Assembly: GCF_002113885.1 (NCBI RefSeq)
Contig: NW_018480059.1
Coordinates: forward strand, 674,295 to 738,294
Reading direction: 5' to 3'
DNA length: 64,000 nucleotides
From: Mizuhopecten yessoensis
Taxonomy: Eukaryota
Under the pieces are notes generated by a model. The model did no database searches, was not told where the DNA came from, and saw nothing but the letters and a program-made list of their open reading frames with translations. Below, piece after piece: positions 41,201-53,000 of the stretch. Each line of letters begins with the position of its first letter. The first letter of the stretch is position 1. A program made the position numbers and the translations under genes.

Positions 41201-44200
41201 ATATTGTTATAATATTACTAGTAATGTGTATACATGTGAGGAATAATAAATTGAATACCTGTAAAATAAAACCGCAGTATTTAAAGAAATATATAAACAA
41301 ATATAATTTTTTTGCACAGGGTAGTTTATCAACTGAAATATAACCTACCATTGATCCTGGAGATCCATCCCTACCGCGCTCTCCCAGTGGCCCTGTTGGT
41401 CCCATAGGTCCTGGGGCTCCTGGGGGGCCAGAGACTCCAGATGGTCCCTTTTTGAAACAAACAATAGCAGTTTATTTGTTTTGTACTCTCTGTCTATTTG
41501 TCTCCTTATTACCGTCTGTTTCTTTGTTTCTGTCCGTCAACGCTCTTTCCGTCACTGTATCTGCCTCAGACCTTATGTCTCAGCCTGTTTGTATGTGGTT
41601 TTTCTCTCTTTTTCTCTCATTTTACTGTATACTCAAATAAAAAATACTCTACATTTTCTGTGTTTAGGATACCGTACATGGAAGCATTATATATCTAACC
41701 TTTTGTCCCTGTGGTCCTCCTGGTCCTTCTTTTCCGGTGGAACCGGGGAATCCCTGTTGAATAAATGTTAAAAAATATATGTATTTCTCAAACGAATAAG
41801 AAATGAAATAAACACAATAATCTATTATGATTTAGTTCATATCGTTATGATATTTCTGGCAACCAATGTTTAATGAGCATAATAAAAATGTCGATGTGTA
41901 TAAGCTTTCTTATTTCATATTGCACGAGAAAACAAAATCTGATCATGACGGCGACCACCAAAATTTCTCGCTTTCCTTATCTACCGGTATCGCTTGTATT
42001 TTATCCTTGTTTATCATGTTGTGCGTAAAGTTTGAGCACGCTATGAATGTTAAAGAGGTTTTGATGTCCTTAAATACATGTTTTGAATGAATTTCTAGTC
42101 GTTTAAGGACAGCATATCATCGATAAATCTCAAAATTAGCTACCTGTCGTAATTGCTCTTAGATAAAATCAATTTCATATGAAACACAAACTAGTTGGCA
42201 AAGAGAGTGGCATAATTGGAACCAAACTCAATAAAATATCCAACCAGTCATCAATCCTACCATCGATTTCATACTCAGTATGCTTTATCGTGGTCTTTAT
42301 CGTGTTATTTAGAATGTTTCCGACATTATATTTGTTCTGTCGTTTTGCCGTTTTTGGGAAATAAAACTCTCATAATCTCTCATATAAGAGAGAGTGTTTC
42401 CTTAGTTTGTTATACGAAATGGTAGTGAGGAAATGGTAGTGACGGAATGGTAGTGACGGAATGGTAGTGACGAAATGGTAGTGACGGAATGGTAGTGACG
42501 AAATGGTAGTGACGGAATGGTAGTGACGTAATGGAAGTGACGGAATGGTAGTGACGTAATGGTAGCTTGTAATAATAATAATAATAATATACAGCATTTA
42601 TATAGCGCCCTATATAATTTGTAAAATTACTCTAAGGCGCTTTACAACATAGGGATAGTAGTAATGGTTATAATTGTGGAAACAAACAACAAAGGCTTGC
42701 AATCACTTTCATACATTTAACAAGCAATGTGCACATAACTGAACAAATAAAAGGGTGGTATTTACATGACGTCTTTGCAAAGATTCTAAAATGCAGACGT
42801 GAAGAGGTGAGTTTTTATGTCCCTCTTGAACTTGGCCAGGGTATTTGACTTCCTAATAGCAGATGGTAAGCTATTCCACAACGTAGCCGAAACCCTCCCA
42901 AAGCATCAGTAATGGTAGTGACGGAATGGTAGTGACGAAATGCAAAAGTCAAATAGTAAAGAGGCATGCATTGCATCAAAATATTGATTTGAAGTAGGCT
43001 CCATTAGTTTCCAGTCGACTATACGATTTTTCAAGCAGTATATCTAATAGGGTATGCAGACAAGATTATAGACGTTTTGAATGCCGTCAAAACCACATAC
43101 GCATAATCCAGATCGTTGGGTGCTGGAAAGATTATGCTAATCAAAGATAGCAACCGTTATTGACTACCACATCTGACCTTTAACCTTTTACTGCTGTCTG
43201 ATGTGAAATGTGCCACAGTAACTCACCCTGTGTCCCTTTGGTCCTGGCAGACCGGGCATTCCCGGACGTCCTGAGTTTCCCTGGATAAATAAGAAATTTC
43301 TGAGGTGATTAAGTCACTCTTCGAGATACAAATATTTACAACTATGGGTAAACTGTTTCATGAAATATTCGAAAGCTTTGAGTTCGTCTACTTCGCATTG
43401 AAAACTTATACAAGGGACAGTTTTACTTGATTTGGTACCAAGCAGCGTCAATTAGTCTTTTTGTGTACATAAAAATATACATGACATCTATAAGAGTATT
43501 AGATTGGTAAGAGAGATACTCACAGAAGAACCGATTGGTCCAGATGGTCCTTGTTCTCCCGGCAGACCCTCGTCACCCTGAAATAGAATGAACTAGCTGA
43601 TAAAGTGCTCAGGGAATACCTCTTTTAAGAGAAAGATGACCGAAGTCGTAAAATGTTAATTTGAAATACAAACTTTGCAGTGTTCTGCATTTTTAGTGTC
43701 CTTATTCCGTTGTAGCTCAATGAAAGCAATAATCCACTTACATCAGCCCCTGGTGGACCGGACGGCCCTGGGAATCCTCGTGATCCTATAGGTCCCTAAG
43801 GTAATGAGAAAAACAGATTTTGACCTGGATCAAACTCACTTGATATAAATAAGTCATATATAGTCCAATGGAGATTGGTATTTTACATATAGCATTCAGA
43901 AAATTGTTACACTTTTCTTTAAATGGTGACATGAGCACACCATATATATGACTTTTATATGATATTATGATGACATGCCTAAGACACTTGGGCATATGGT
44001 GGCCAAACATTGTTGAAGATATAACAATAATGTTAAAATCACATCTGACGGTAATTTAAGGTATCAACATGATATGTTGGCGCTAAGGATGGCATCAGAA
44101 ATATATTTACTGGTGGTCCTGGCTCTCCTGGCTCTCCCCTCATTCCCATAAATCCCTGTGGTCCCTAAACATAAAAAAGAGCATAGATATTCATCTCGGA

Positions 44201-47200
44201 ATTTTATTTTCCTGGTAGCATATCAACATAAATGTTTCGAATTGACTAAGCTGCATTTTATGTGAAATGATGAGCTTGCATGTCTGCTTTCATTGAAACA
44301 ATGTGATCGCATGATATCCTTGATATATAAATCAGATAAGACTGCTGGAATTTACAACAACTTTACTTTCCTCTCCGTGGACCTGTCTCTGTGCTACATA
44401 AATGTATTTGCTCTGACCATTTGTGCTTCGCTGTGCGCAAACCGCCACTTTATTAAAGTCATTGGTGTTTGGGTTGTTAAAGTAAACGCATAGACTCACG
44501 TCTTCAACGACGTTAGAGGAATTTAGGTAAAACTTTTTAAAACGATTTGACTCATATACCTGTAGATATTTGTAGAAGATTAATACAACTATAAAAAGGA
44601 TTTTTTTATATATAAGTTTATTAGCAACAAAACTGATATTTCGGATAGCAAAGGATATTTGGAAGTTTCTAATATTATCTTCTTTTTTTTAATGTTCTAT
44701 GACCGTGACCCGGGTATCAAAGTTAAATTCTATAATATCTAATAATTCATATTCATTCAGAAACAAATCATCAAGTAGGAACGGGAATGTGCACATGCAC
44801 ACTCATAAGACAATTAAAAAAACCCCCAAAAAACTGAATACTTACACCTGGACCGACCGGTCCCTGGGGTCCGCGAGGTCCTGGAGATCCCTATAGAAAA
44901 TAGCATGACAGTTTTATAAAAGAAAAGAAACACACATAATTGTTTTCAATATGTTAAATATGTTTACAAATATTGAATATCAACAATCCGTTTTGTATTT
45001 ACACTTTATATGTTTATATGTTACAGGATCGTTTTTACATAATTCATGGACTTATAGAAATTATTATATGTTTGAACATTTCTCGCAATCACATTGGCCG
45101 TAGACTGGTTATCCGGTGAATATCGATTTATAAATATAGCCTATAAAGAAATTCACTGCAACTTGTTGTAGCGCATGCACAGTTAGACCGGAACACGATT
45201 TATCATACGACAACAAAAGATGGCTGCTGTCGAACGCTTCGCCTCCGTTATATCTGAAAATGTTCAAAAACTACTCGAAGATACAAATCCTGTTAACACA
45301 AACATTTTTACTCAACACTGAGTGCAAGCCTCCATGGAAAATAACCTTGACCATGTCTTCGAAAGCTACGATGCCGAATTGTTGGATACAACCCTGGCTA
45401 CATTTTACACAGAAACCTTGAGTTTGTTTTAAAATTAAATTCTGAAGTGAACGTTAAAGTATCTACTTACCTGTGTCATTGTGGTAGGAAGTCCAAGCAT
45501 GGCTGGGCCGGCTTTCTCGTCGGCCACGACACCAATTTTTCCGAGGAGCTGACCATTTTGCATATTATCCTGCTGATAGATTATTGATTTAATCATAAAT
45601 AATTTCATGAAGCTGTCATTATTTAAAACATATCATATTTGTAGGGTTGAGATTGCAATGCATATGCAAACCTTTTGGGGTTTGTCGAATTTATTTAACT
45701 ATGGATTCCAAAGATTTTTCAATGTTTAAAAGTAAGACATTATATTCACCATGTTGGTGTTGCTCTGCACGATTAAAAGTTATTGCAATAAATCAGGGGA
45801 AATAACTGCGTTTTGATATGCTCTTTATTCCTTCGTTGCAAGATAATGAAAGAATTATTTATTTAGCGTGAGTCTACATAATAATAGAAAGACGAATGTG
45901 TACCTGCTTCTCAAATTGTACAGTAAATATATACATTAATAATTGTACTCGATACGTTAAAGTCAATTTACCATATAGATTTAAATTACGTAACTGGTGA
46001 AACGTGTCCGTCTCAATTTTTTTTATTCATAACGAATTATATAGCTTTGTTCAGTATATTGCAAGGTATCTTTTGAATTGGTTAGAACTTTTGATATTTA
46101 TGAAAACTTTTAGCACACGCTTAACACTGAGCAATAACAAGAGCGATTTCAATCTTTCCACTTCATGGGGCTCAGTTTAGGTTTATATCTGACAGAAATT
46201 CGTGTTGATATTGTCATTTGGCAAGACAAATCAAAATACATTTCTATTTGTTTCTTTCTAATTATGGTTCGTGTGATATCAAATATTTTATATGACAAAA
46301 GTACCATGACCATTTTCTTCTTTACAAAATGCCTACCTTTTTCACGACTCCGGCGCTTTCTGCAATTAAAATAAAGTATTATATTAAAACATATATTCTT
46401 GTTGAAAATTAATAAATTACTTTAAATTGCTCTTGATGTTTGTGTTGGCAAAGCTTCAGTTGATTAGAGAAGAAACGCAAGTATCAGTAAGAACTTTTAG
46501 TGTGACAATGCTGCGGTTATTTTACATTTTGTGAGCATTTTGTATTTAACCATGATGTTTGACATTTTAACAGAATTGTCCATTTACATAGTATGTAGTA
46601 CTATATACATATCGGTTTGGCGATAGAATGCAATTCCCGACCAAGAAATTTTAAACTATTGATTTTAGTCAAACTTGTTCGAGTAAGCAGGGTTTTACCT
46701 GCACCTCTATGAAATAAAAACAAACTCAGAACTGGTCAGTAAAAGTTAAGATAAACATGTATGTATAATACTGAAAGTGTTTTATGACTCTCATTATTCG
46801 AGAAGGTATTAGGAAAATAACGCAAGACAGGTCAATGTTACATTTAGATAATTTCCTTTCAAAATTGAGTGTTGATAACTTACGGACACAAATGGGACAG
46901 CATGGTGTCGGTGAATTTTCCACGATATCAAGGTACTGACCCGCTAGGCACTCCACAAATTCACATTGGATCTTATTACAGGTCACTTGTCCATCAAAAC
47001 ACTCGCAAAAATCAAGCACTGAGCATTTACTTAATGATCCTCCATGAGGAATACGTTGGTCGCCAAGCAAGCAGTCTCGCATTTCGGGTTCCAGTAAGCC
47101 TGAATAACATTAACAGAAACATGTGTATATGCAATTTAATAGCAAACCTACATAAACAACGTATGTCCTTATTAAGGTGAGATTTGGAGGGGAAAAAGAA

Positions 47201-50200
47201 TTCGTTGCCAAACACTCGGCAACTCGTATCTGCGGTAATTTAATAATCTTTCCCCTCGGGTTAGAATAACCCTATTTCACCTAAAGGGGATAAGAGATTC
47301 TATTATTCTTAAAGAATATACCATACAGTACAATAACGTGATATTAATTTAAAGAGGTACAATTTGATACAAACTATCGTCTTGCCAAGGCAATTTAATG
47401 TACTCTCTAGCGTATAATTTTGTTACGAAATCATATTCAGTACCGTTGATAAAATTTTCGTTACAACATTACAGATAAAACACCCATTGTAACAGCGCTC
47501 TTTCAGCATTTCAAAATAAATTTTAATTGGAAAATAGTTTAAAACAACAATGGCAATTCTGAGGAAACGTGCAGCAGTCTATTTTACTATAATCACATTT
47601 TTGCAATTAAATATTTGAAGTCATAATAAATTCAAAAAAAAAACACACGCTTTCTTGTACTGTTAAAAAACATGAATAATAAGCAATACGATCATTTTGA
47701 TGCAGCATGTAGCGGTTATATTTCATTTTGTTCTCATAATTGCATTAATCGAAGACTTAATAAATTCCGGAAAATAATCCTATTCAAAAATGCTTCGTTA
47801 ATGAAACTATATCATCAACACTCTATTTCACTGCTTAGCTAGCGCCGTGACTTTCAAGCTATTATTCGTAAATCTAAATAAAAATGAAGTTACTGAGTAT
47901 TTCGTTGCGCAACGCATATTGTAAACAGATAGACATTTGTTGTTTTAAAAGAAAAATTGTAAATACTAGTTTTATTGTCATAAATGCATTAAAGGAGTCA
48001 CGATAGAACAAAAACATGACGTCACACTCTCTCGTAGAATTTCAAAGTTACATTTTTTACAACATAGCTCGCTCAAAGATTTGTGACTTATGATATAAGA
48101 GAACAGCCTTACTACTGAAATTCACGTACTTTAAATACATTAAAGGTCCATTAAGGTGTATTTTATGATTTATACATTTTTATTCTAATTTTTGCTTTTA
48201 TCGTTTTCATACATTGATTCGTTTCCTATTTCCCCCTAAAAAAGATTGGAAAATATTGGACACAACTCCAAATTGGTGCCCCATTATATCTATAAACGTT
48301 TTTAATATAAACACATTTTTTTGCCTTAAAACACTGAATACCCGTATGAACTTGTATGATTTGCCTACTAGTTTTGTTTAGAATGTACTTGTATGAAACC
48401 TAGTTTTGTTCAGAATGTACTTGTATGAAACCTAAGGCTAGTATTGTTCTGGTCTGGTGGAAGAATAATTCTGTCAGCCAATCAGCTTCCCAGTATTAAA
48501 TAGAAATAGAATAATTCACATATAAAAGTAAATATTTTTGTTGAAATGAAATAACACTACAGTGGGTGTAAATCTTGTCATGAGATTCATTGATATGTTT
48601 ATATATGAAGTTACCACAGAGAGTAAACATGGTTTAAATATACAAGTGTATTCCTAACATTTAGACACATGGCAGCTAAAAATAGTCGGTAGTAACGAAC
48701 AGGTGCTCTATTAAAAACATGATGGTTATAGACAGGTTGTAGACATAGACTTCTATAGCCAGGTAGTATATGAAGCTATGTAAATTTGATAGACAGGTGA
48801 TAGTTACAGATAAGTTTTCTGCCAGATCAACAGTAAAATGGTTATTTACGTATCGGATTTTTTATGATCTTTGACAAGGACCTTGAAAAGGATAATATGA
48901 CAAGCTTGCTTGATTCTAATCGCTTCTCATAAGCATGGTAATAAAGTATTACAGAATAATCTTCAATCACACATCTCTATGGTCAGTTACTCTTAATCAA
49001 TTTTATTGCACAAACATACCATATGTATCTTCCAAATCTTGAGCAATGATAACCTTGTTCAATTTCACGCGTGTAAACTATATATCTTCTAAACCTTGTT
49101 CAATTTCACGCGTGTAGACTATATGTCTTCCTACCCTCTTAACCTTGTTCAATTTCACGCGTATAGACTTCACGCGTCTTCCTCTCTTTCTTTCATTTTG
49201 CCCTTTGTGTTTTCTTAACCTTATTCAGTTTCATACATTATTTACGTGTTGTCAAACCTCGTTCTATTTAATTCATATATCCTTTGTCTGTTCTTTGCAA
49301 GTTGTTAAATTTGACAGATATATCATATATGTAACTCCTTTTCTTTTTAAGGTCACGCGTAAATCACGTGTCTCTTCCAAACCGTCTATCGTGTCAAAAA
49401 TGATAATAAAAAAACAACTGTCAATTCGTGACGACAAAACTTAACTTCAGAGTGGCACAAAATCAGCCCCCATATATAATAAACATGTACACTGTGTTTT
49501 TTAGGTCAGACATTTACGTAGCATACAAGAGGTTTGACATTGTGATAAGAAAAGGTCAGCATCATTGCTTTCCCGAGGTTAATAATAACTTTAATATTTA
49601 TCAAGTTTCTCTTAAATGCAAAATTTGTAGCGATTACTCTATCTTAGATTTTATCAATAGACACGATTGCTATAAAAATAACTATTTATTGAATATTTCA
49701 TCGACAAAGTCTCGAAATTTAAACATATTTACATTGTGTTGATATGATTTACAAAATGGTTAATATAACAACCATGTCACGTATACCATAAAGAGTATCA
49801 CCTGAAAAGGGTTAATAGCAATAGTCTCCCGCCTTCATCAAATGGAAAGGATGTGCGTTTGCATAAGGATTAAAGTTTAGCAATTAAATCATCATTGTTC
49901 TTTGTCTTGTATTTTGTGTAATGTAATTGTTAAGTTTTGTACCTTTACAAATCACATTGTCCCACATATTTATGATATGAAATTGGTATTAATAGACCAC
50001 CTGTTGGAAGTTGAAAGAGGCAGTCATTTGAAGCAGATGGTCTCACAATACAGATACGATCCACAATAAAATTACTACAGCGGGTGACCATTAGTGGGGG
50101 TCTCTGCACGCAGTCGGTATTCTAATGGAGGTGGTCATATGCGAACCTGTACTTAACTATTTGTTTCATTATGAAGCGTAGAAACAAATCATCTCAGTTG

Positions 50201-52501
50201 TCGGCATCAACCGAGTAAAGATGTCTGTCAGTTGTAAGTTCTCATTTTCTATTATCGTGTACAAAAGGTATAGGTCAAGTGTAAAATGAGTGTTTGTATT
50301 CCTTCAACTTTTATGTTCCCGGTCCATATGTATGTTACAGTATATCTATGCTATGTCAACATTATCTTGTCCTAATTTCTAATAGCAGTATCATGTGACT
50401 AATAATTACTAAATTAAACAGCTGTTGATAGCAATTTAATTATTTAGATATTTGAAACAAAAACAACTTCCTCAAAGTACCGGAAGAAGAAAAACTAATG
50501 ATAGAAAAACCGAAAGTGGAGAAATGATTAAAAAAAAACCTTTGTACTGATGACAAATATACATATTTATAATATTACATAAATTTTATCCCTAAGACGA
50601 AAGCTATCAAATGGACGTGTAGATCTTCTTAAAAAGTGTCATAATCACCACTATCCAAAAGTCATTGATAAAGATAATACCAAACCAATATTGAATGTGC
50701 AATGATACCCTGTACTCTTATCATAGCCGGAAGTGGTCCGTGAAATTAGATTAACTTATCTGTAAAACGGGGTTTATGTTTAACGCTGCGGCGTGAAGTG
50801 CTCCTAGATAGTGATCAGTAGTGCATCATACAATAGAGATTATCGTGAAGTTTACTTACAGGAAGTATGTTTCCAGTGATAAATTAATCCTGCATTTCAA
50901 TGCTACAACCCGTAGAGATTAAGCTATATAATTATATTGAACAATGACCTTCACGAAGTCAGACGTGATAAAACGCCCGTGTTATTGATTGATTGAGATG
51001 AGAACAACAATTTATTGGTGCAATATGAAAATAAAGTTAATTAAGGTCACGTCAGTCATTTTGTTTCAATTGCGCAAACAGTGTCCTTTGCCATGCTAAA
51101 AAGTGTGCTAGTACCATGACTCATTATTACTGATTGGGTATAAATGAATGCTTACAAGATTTTACTAAGTGTTCATATCATGAAACTTATATTCGAAGAT
51201 TATGATAAATAAGGGAAGAGTCTTCGGTCTAAACGTTTTAACTGCACGGTCTGATTTTGAAAATGAAAAACAAAGACACTGAAAGAATTTGCTAAGTCAA
51301 CGTATCTGAATAACTGTAAGCTGTGAAAGGCGACGTGGCACTTTCAGGAAATACTTCAATTATATGCAACGCAACCAAAAGTAGAAAAAAGAGTTATTAT
51401 AGTTATCTAAAAGGGTTTGAAATAATTTAGCAACTGACAACATCACTAAAATATCAAAGGTAATCACTTAATAGAAACTGATGATTGTTTCACTTAAGGG
51501 GATGTCCGCCATTTTGAATGACAAATATGGCGGACACCAATTTGCAAACGTGGCACTACAAAAAATACATATTCATAGAAAGATTATTCTATAATGACAT
51601 TTTGACAAGGAACTGACTGAAATTTGATTAGTAACTTGAAGCAATATTATGAACATGTTATTTCCATGAATAGGAATGACAAATACACCAAATACACATT
51701 TTGTTAACGTGGCACCTCATTATTTTTAACAATTTGTTTGGGTGAATCAATTTTGATGTTGATATTTTACAAGGAAATATATTGTAATATTTGGCTTCTA
51801 AAATATTGAAAACTATGGCATAATTAGACAAGAGTACATTGTCTCAACATGTCAAAAGAAAATGTATCATCTGTTACGTTGTAATTACAATCAAATTATA
51901 ATTACATTAAAATTATCACAAAAGAAGGTATTTTATCTCGCATATTATATGATATAGCCGAGCATAATACAAAGCTGACAAAGTCATAGCTCCGTCTTCC
52001 GATAATCCTTGATGTTTGAACGGATTTTAACCCCATACAAACAAGCATAGTCATGGTATGATGGCAAGTAAACATGACCAAGATTGGTCATGATATGGTG
52101 TAAAATTTTAGTAAATGACAAGGACAAAGTAACACAATATGCGAAAAGAGTTGAATACAAATTTACTAATTCAACGAATTATTAAATTCACAGACTGAAA
52201 TGTTCAATAAATGATCAACAAAACGGTTGCTCAAATAAATTCAACACCAAAACGTCTTATAAACTTTGAATACATATCACTAATTTGTCTACACCAATGT
52301 TTAAACACATTGTGACATAATATTTGCATTATTCCATGATTTGATATAGCAAGACAAAGAATTGTGAATGAAGGCAATACGTTAATGTGTTAGTATTGTT
52401 TGATACGTACCATTTCGTTCGTAGTTAATCCTTTGTGCTGATATTTTTCCAATCATACATATGAGCAGAATGCCCCATCGTACGTGTTCGTACGATGTCA
52501 T
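24186..52501 (-). CDS. Fibrillar collagen alpha chain B (VWC-type, clade A-like), complete, ~1400 aa, 49 coding exons
   Basis: N-terminal exons: 52501-52411 (signal peptide [23 protein letters not shown]), 47099-46884 (VWC, 10 Cys), 46359-46337, 45572/45569-45471 (N-telopeptide DEKAG). 38 phase-0 Gly-X-Y exons: 44890-44846, 44164-44111, 43795-43742, 43577-43524, 43280-43227, 41753-41700, 41447-41349, 41116-41018, 40880-40737, 40133-40035, 39720-39613, 39433-39380, 38788-38681, 38468-38424, 38181-38128, 37912-37814, 37560-37453, 37164-37111, 36690-36592, 36118-36020, 35793-35740, 35399-35346, 34910-34692, 33934-33881, 33612-33559, 33296-33135, 32882-32775, 32603-32496, 32322-32215, 31333-31226, 30292-30239, 30125-30072, 29485-29432, 29113-29060, 28729-28676, 27987-27916, 27612-27577, 27160-27116. 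These total 3036 nt = 1012 aa and mostly follow the 54/45/99/108/162-nt pattern. C-terminal exons: 26733-26680, 26452-26432, 26206-26062, 25668-25565, 25249-25205, 24848-24636, 24341-24186 (TAA). The helix length matches the canonical ~1014, so no helix exon appears to be missing. Confidence 0.95.
40155..40221 (+). mobile_element. Possible SINE 3' tail remnant
   Basis: aatataaccgaa...gcggacgtaaaacc followed by (tcaa)n, the usual layout of a retroposon tail. Confidence 0.35.
42418..42942. repeat. 14-bp minisatellite (aatggtagtgacgg) split by a LINE insertion
   Basis: About 10.5 units at 42418-42565 and about 2.5 units at 42909-42942. Confidence 0.9.
42566..42908 (-). mobile_element. 5'-truncated L2/CR1-group LINE (ORF2 C-terminus, 3'UTR, stem-loop, (ATT)n tail)
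   Basis: Minus-strand 42902-42786 reads [38 protein letters not shown], the typical WNxLP...FK...KTHLF end. A 3' stem aagcgcc...ggcgct and an (att)n tail follow. Candidate TSD gtaatggtag at 42556-42565 and 42909-42918. Confidence 0.85.
45060..45420 (+). mobile_element. Crypton-like (tyrosine-recombinase transposon) 5' remnant
   Basis: From ATG 45220: [65 protein letters not shown]. This resembles the RF...LL...NT...T...LD..L..FY.E N-terminus of Crypton/ZMYM/KCTD1/QRICH1-type proteins. One in-frame stop, truncated. Confidence 0.6.
46884..47099 (-). other. VWC (von Willebrand factor type C) N-propeptide exon of collagen B
   Basis: Phase 1-1 exon of 216 nt: [48 protein letters not shown]...PCCPICV, 10 cysteines with a terminal CCPxC. 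Confidence 0.9.
49051..49176. repeat. Three copies of aaccttgttcaatttcacgcgt (41-49 bp spacing)
   Basis: Copies at about 49051, 49092 and 49141. Confidence 0.8.
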
Positions 52502-52619
52502 TTTGAGCTAATGAGTGTTCTTTCCTAACTATCTACTGCATTTATAGGGGAACAGTAGAAAAATAGAATTATCTGTCCAGATTGAAAGACTTGTTGGTAG
52601 AAAAAGCCTGAATACTCAG

Positions 52620-53000
52620 GCCTTTTAAACACTAGGAAGAGCCGTGCTGCTTTTGAAGAAAAAGCAACACAGGACTCCTAGAGCGACGTCGGAGATATTG
52701 AGTCTAGTACCGTCGACCAAAAAGCCAGGCGGCTAGCCCTCAAATGTTTGCGATGATAAGTCAGAATTGTATACGGTACACATGCGCTAACGGCCAATCA
52801 GTCTCCACAACTGTGACCTAGGCTACCACTCGTTCGCTGTTCCCCGAGCCTGTTTCCAGCATCTGCAACCCGTTCGTAAGATGGATGGACGTTCGGGCCA
52901 GCTCGGTTTCAATTATGCAAAGTTATATGAGTGGTAAAAACACAAGCTTGCACACTCCACTTGGGTGTAACGTGATACCATTTCCCTGTATAAGTCGTAT
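52620..53000 (-). promoter_or_regulatory. Putative 5'UTR/promoter region of collagen B
   Basis: Locally GC/CpG-richer stretch upstream of ATG 52501, with a CCAAT at 52794 and TATA-like words near 52925 and 52990. The TSS cannot be determined. Confidence 0.3.

Noticed and set aside
46699-46706. Possible extra micro-exon (tttcatag|aggtgcag|gtaaaa) after the VWC exon
   Set aside because: The natural acceptor gives 8 nt and breaks the frame. The 6-nt version needs a weak GAG acceptor, and the gene is in frame without it.
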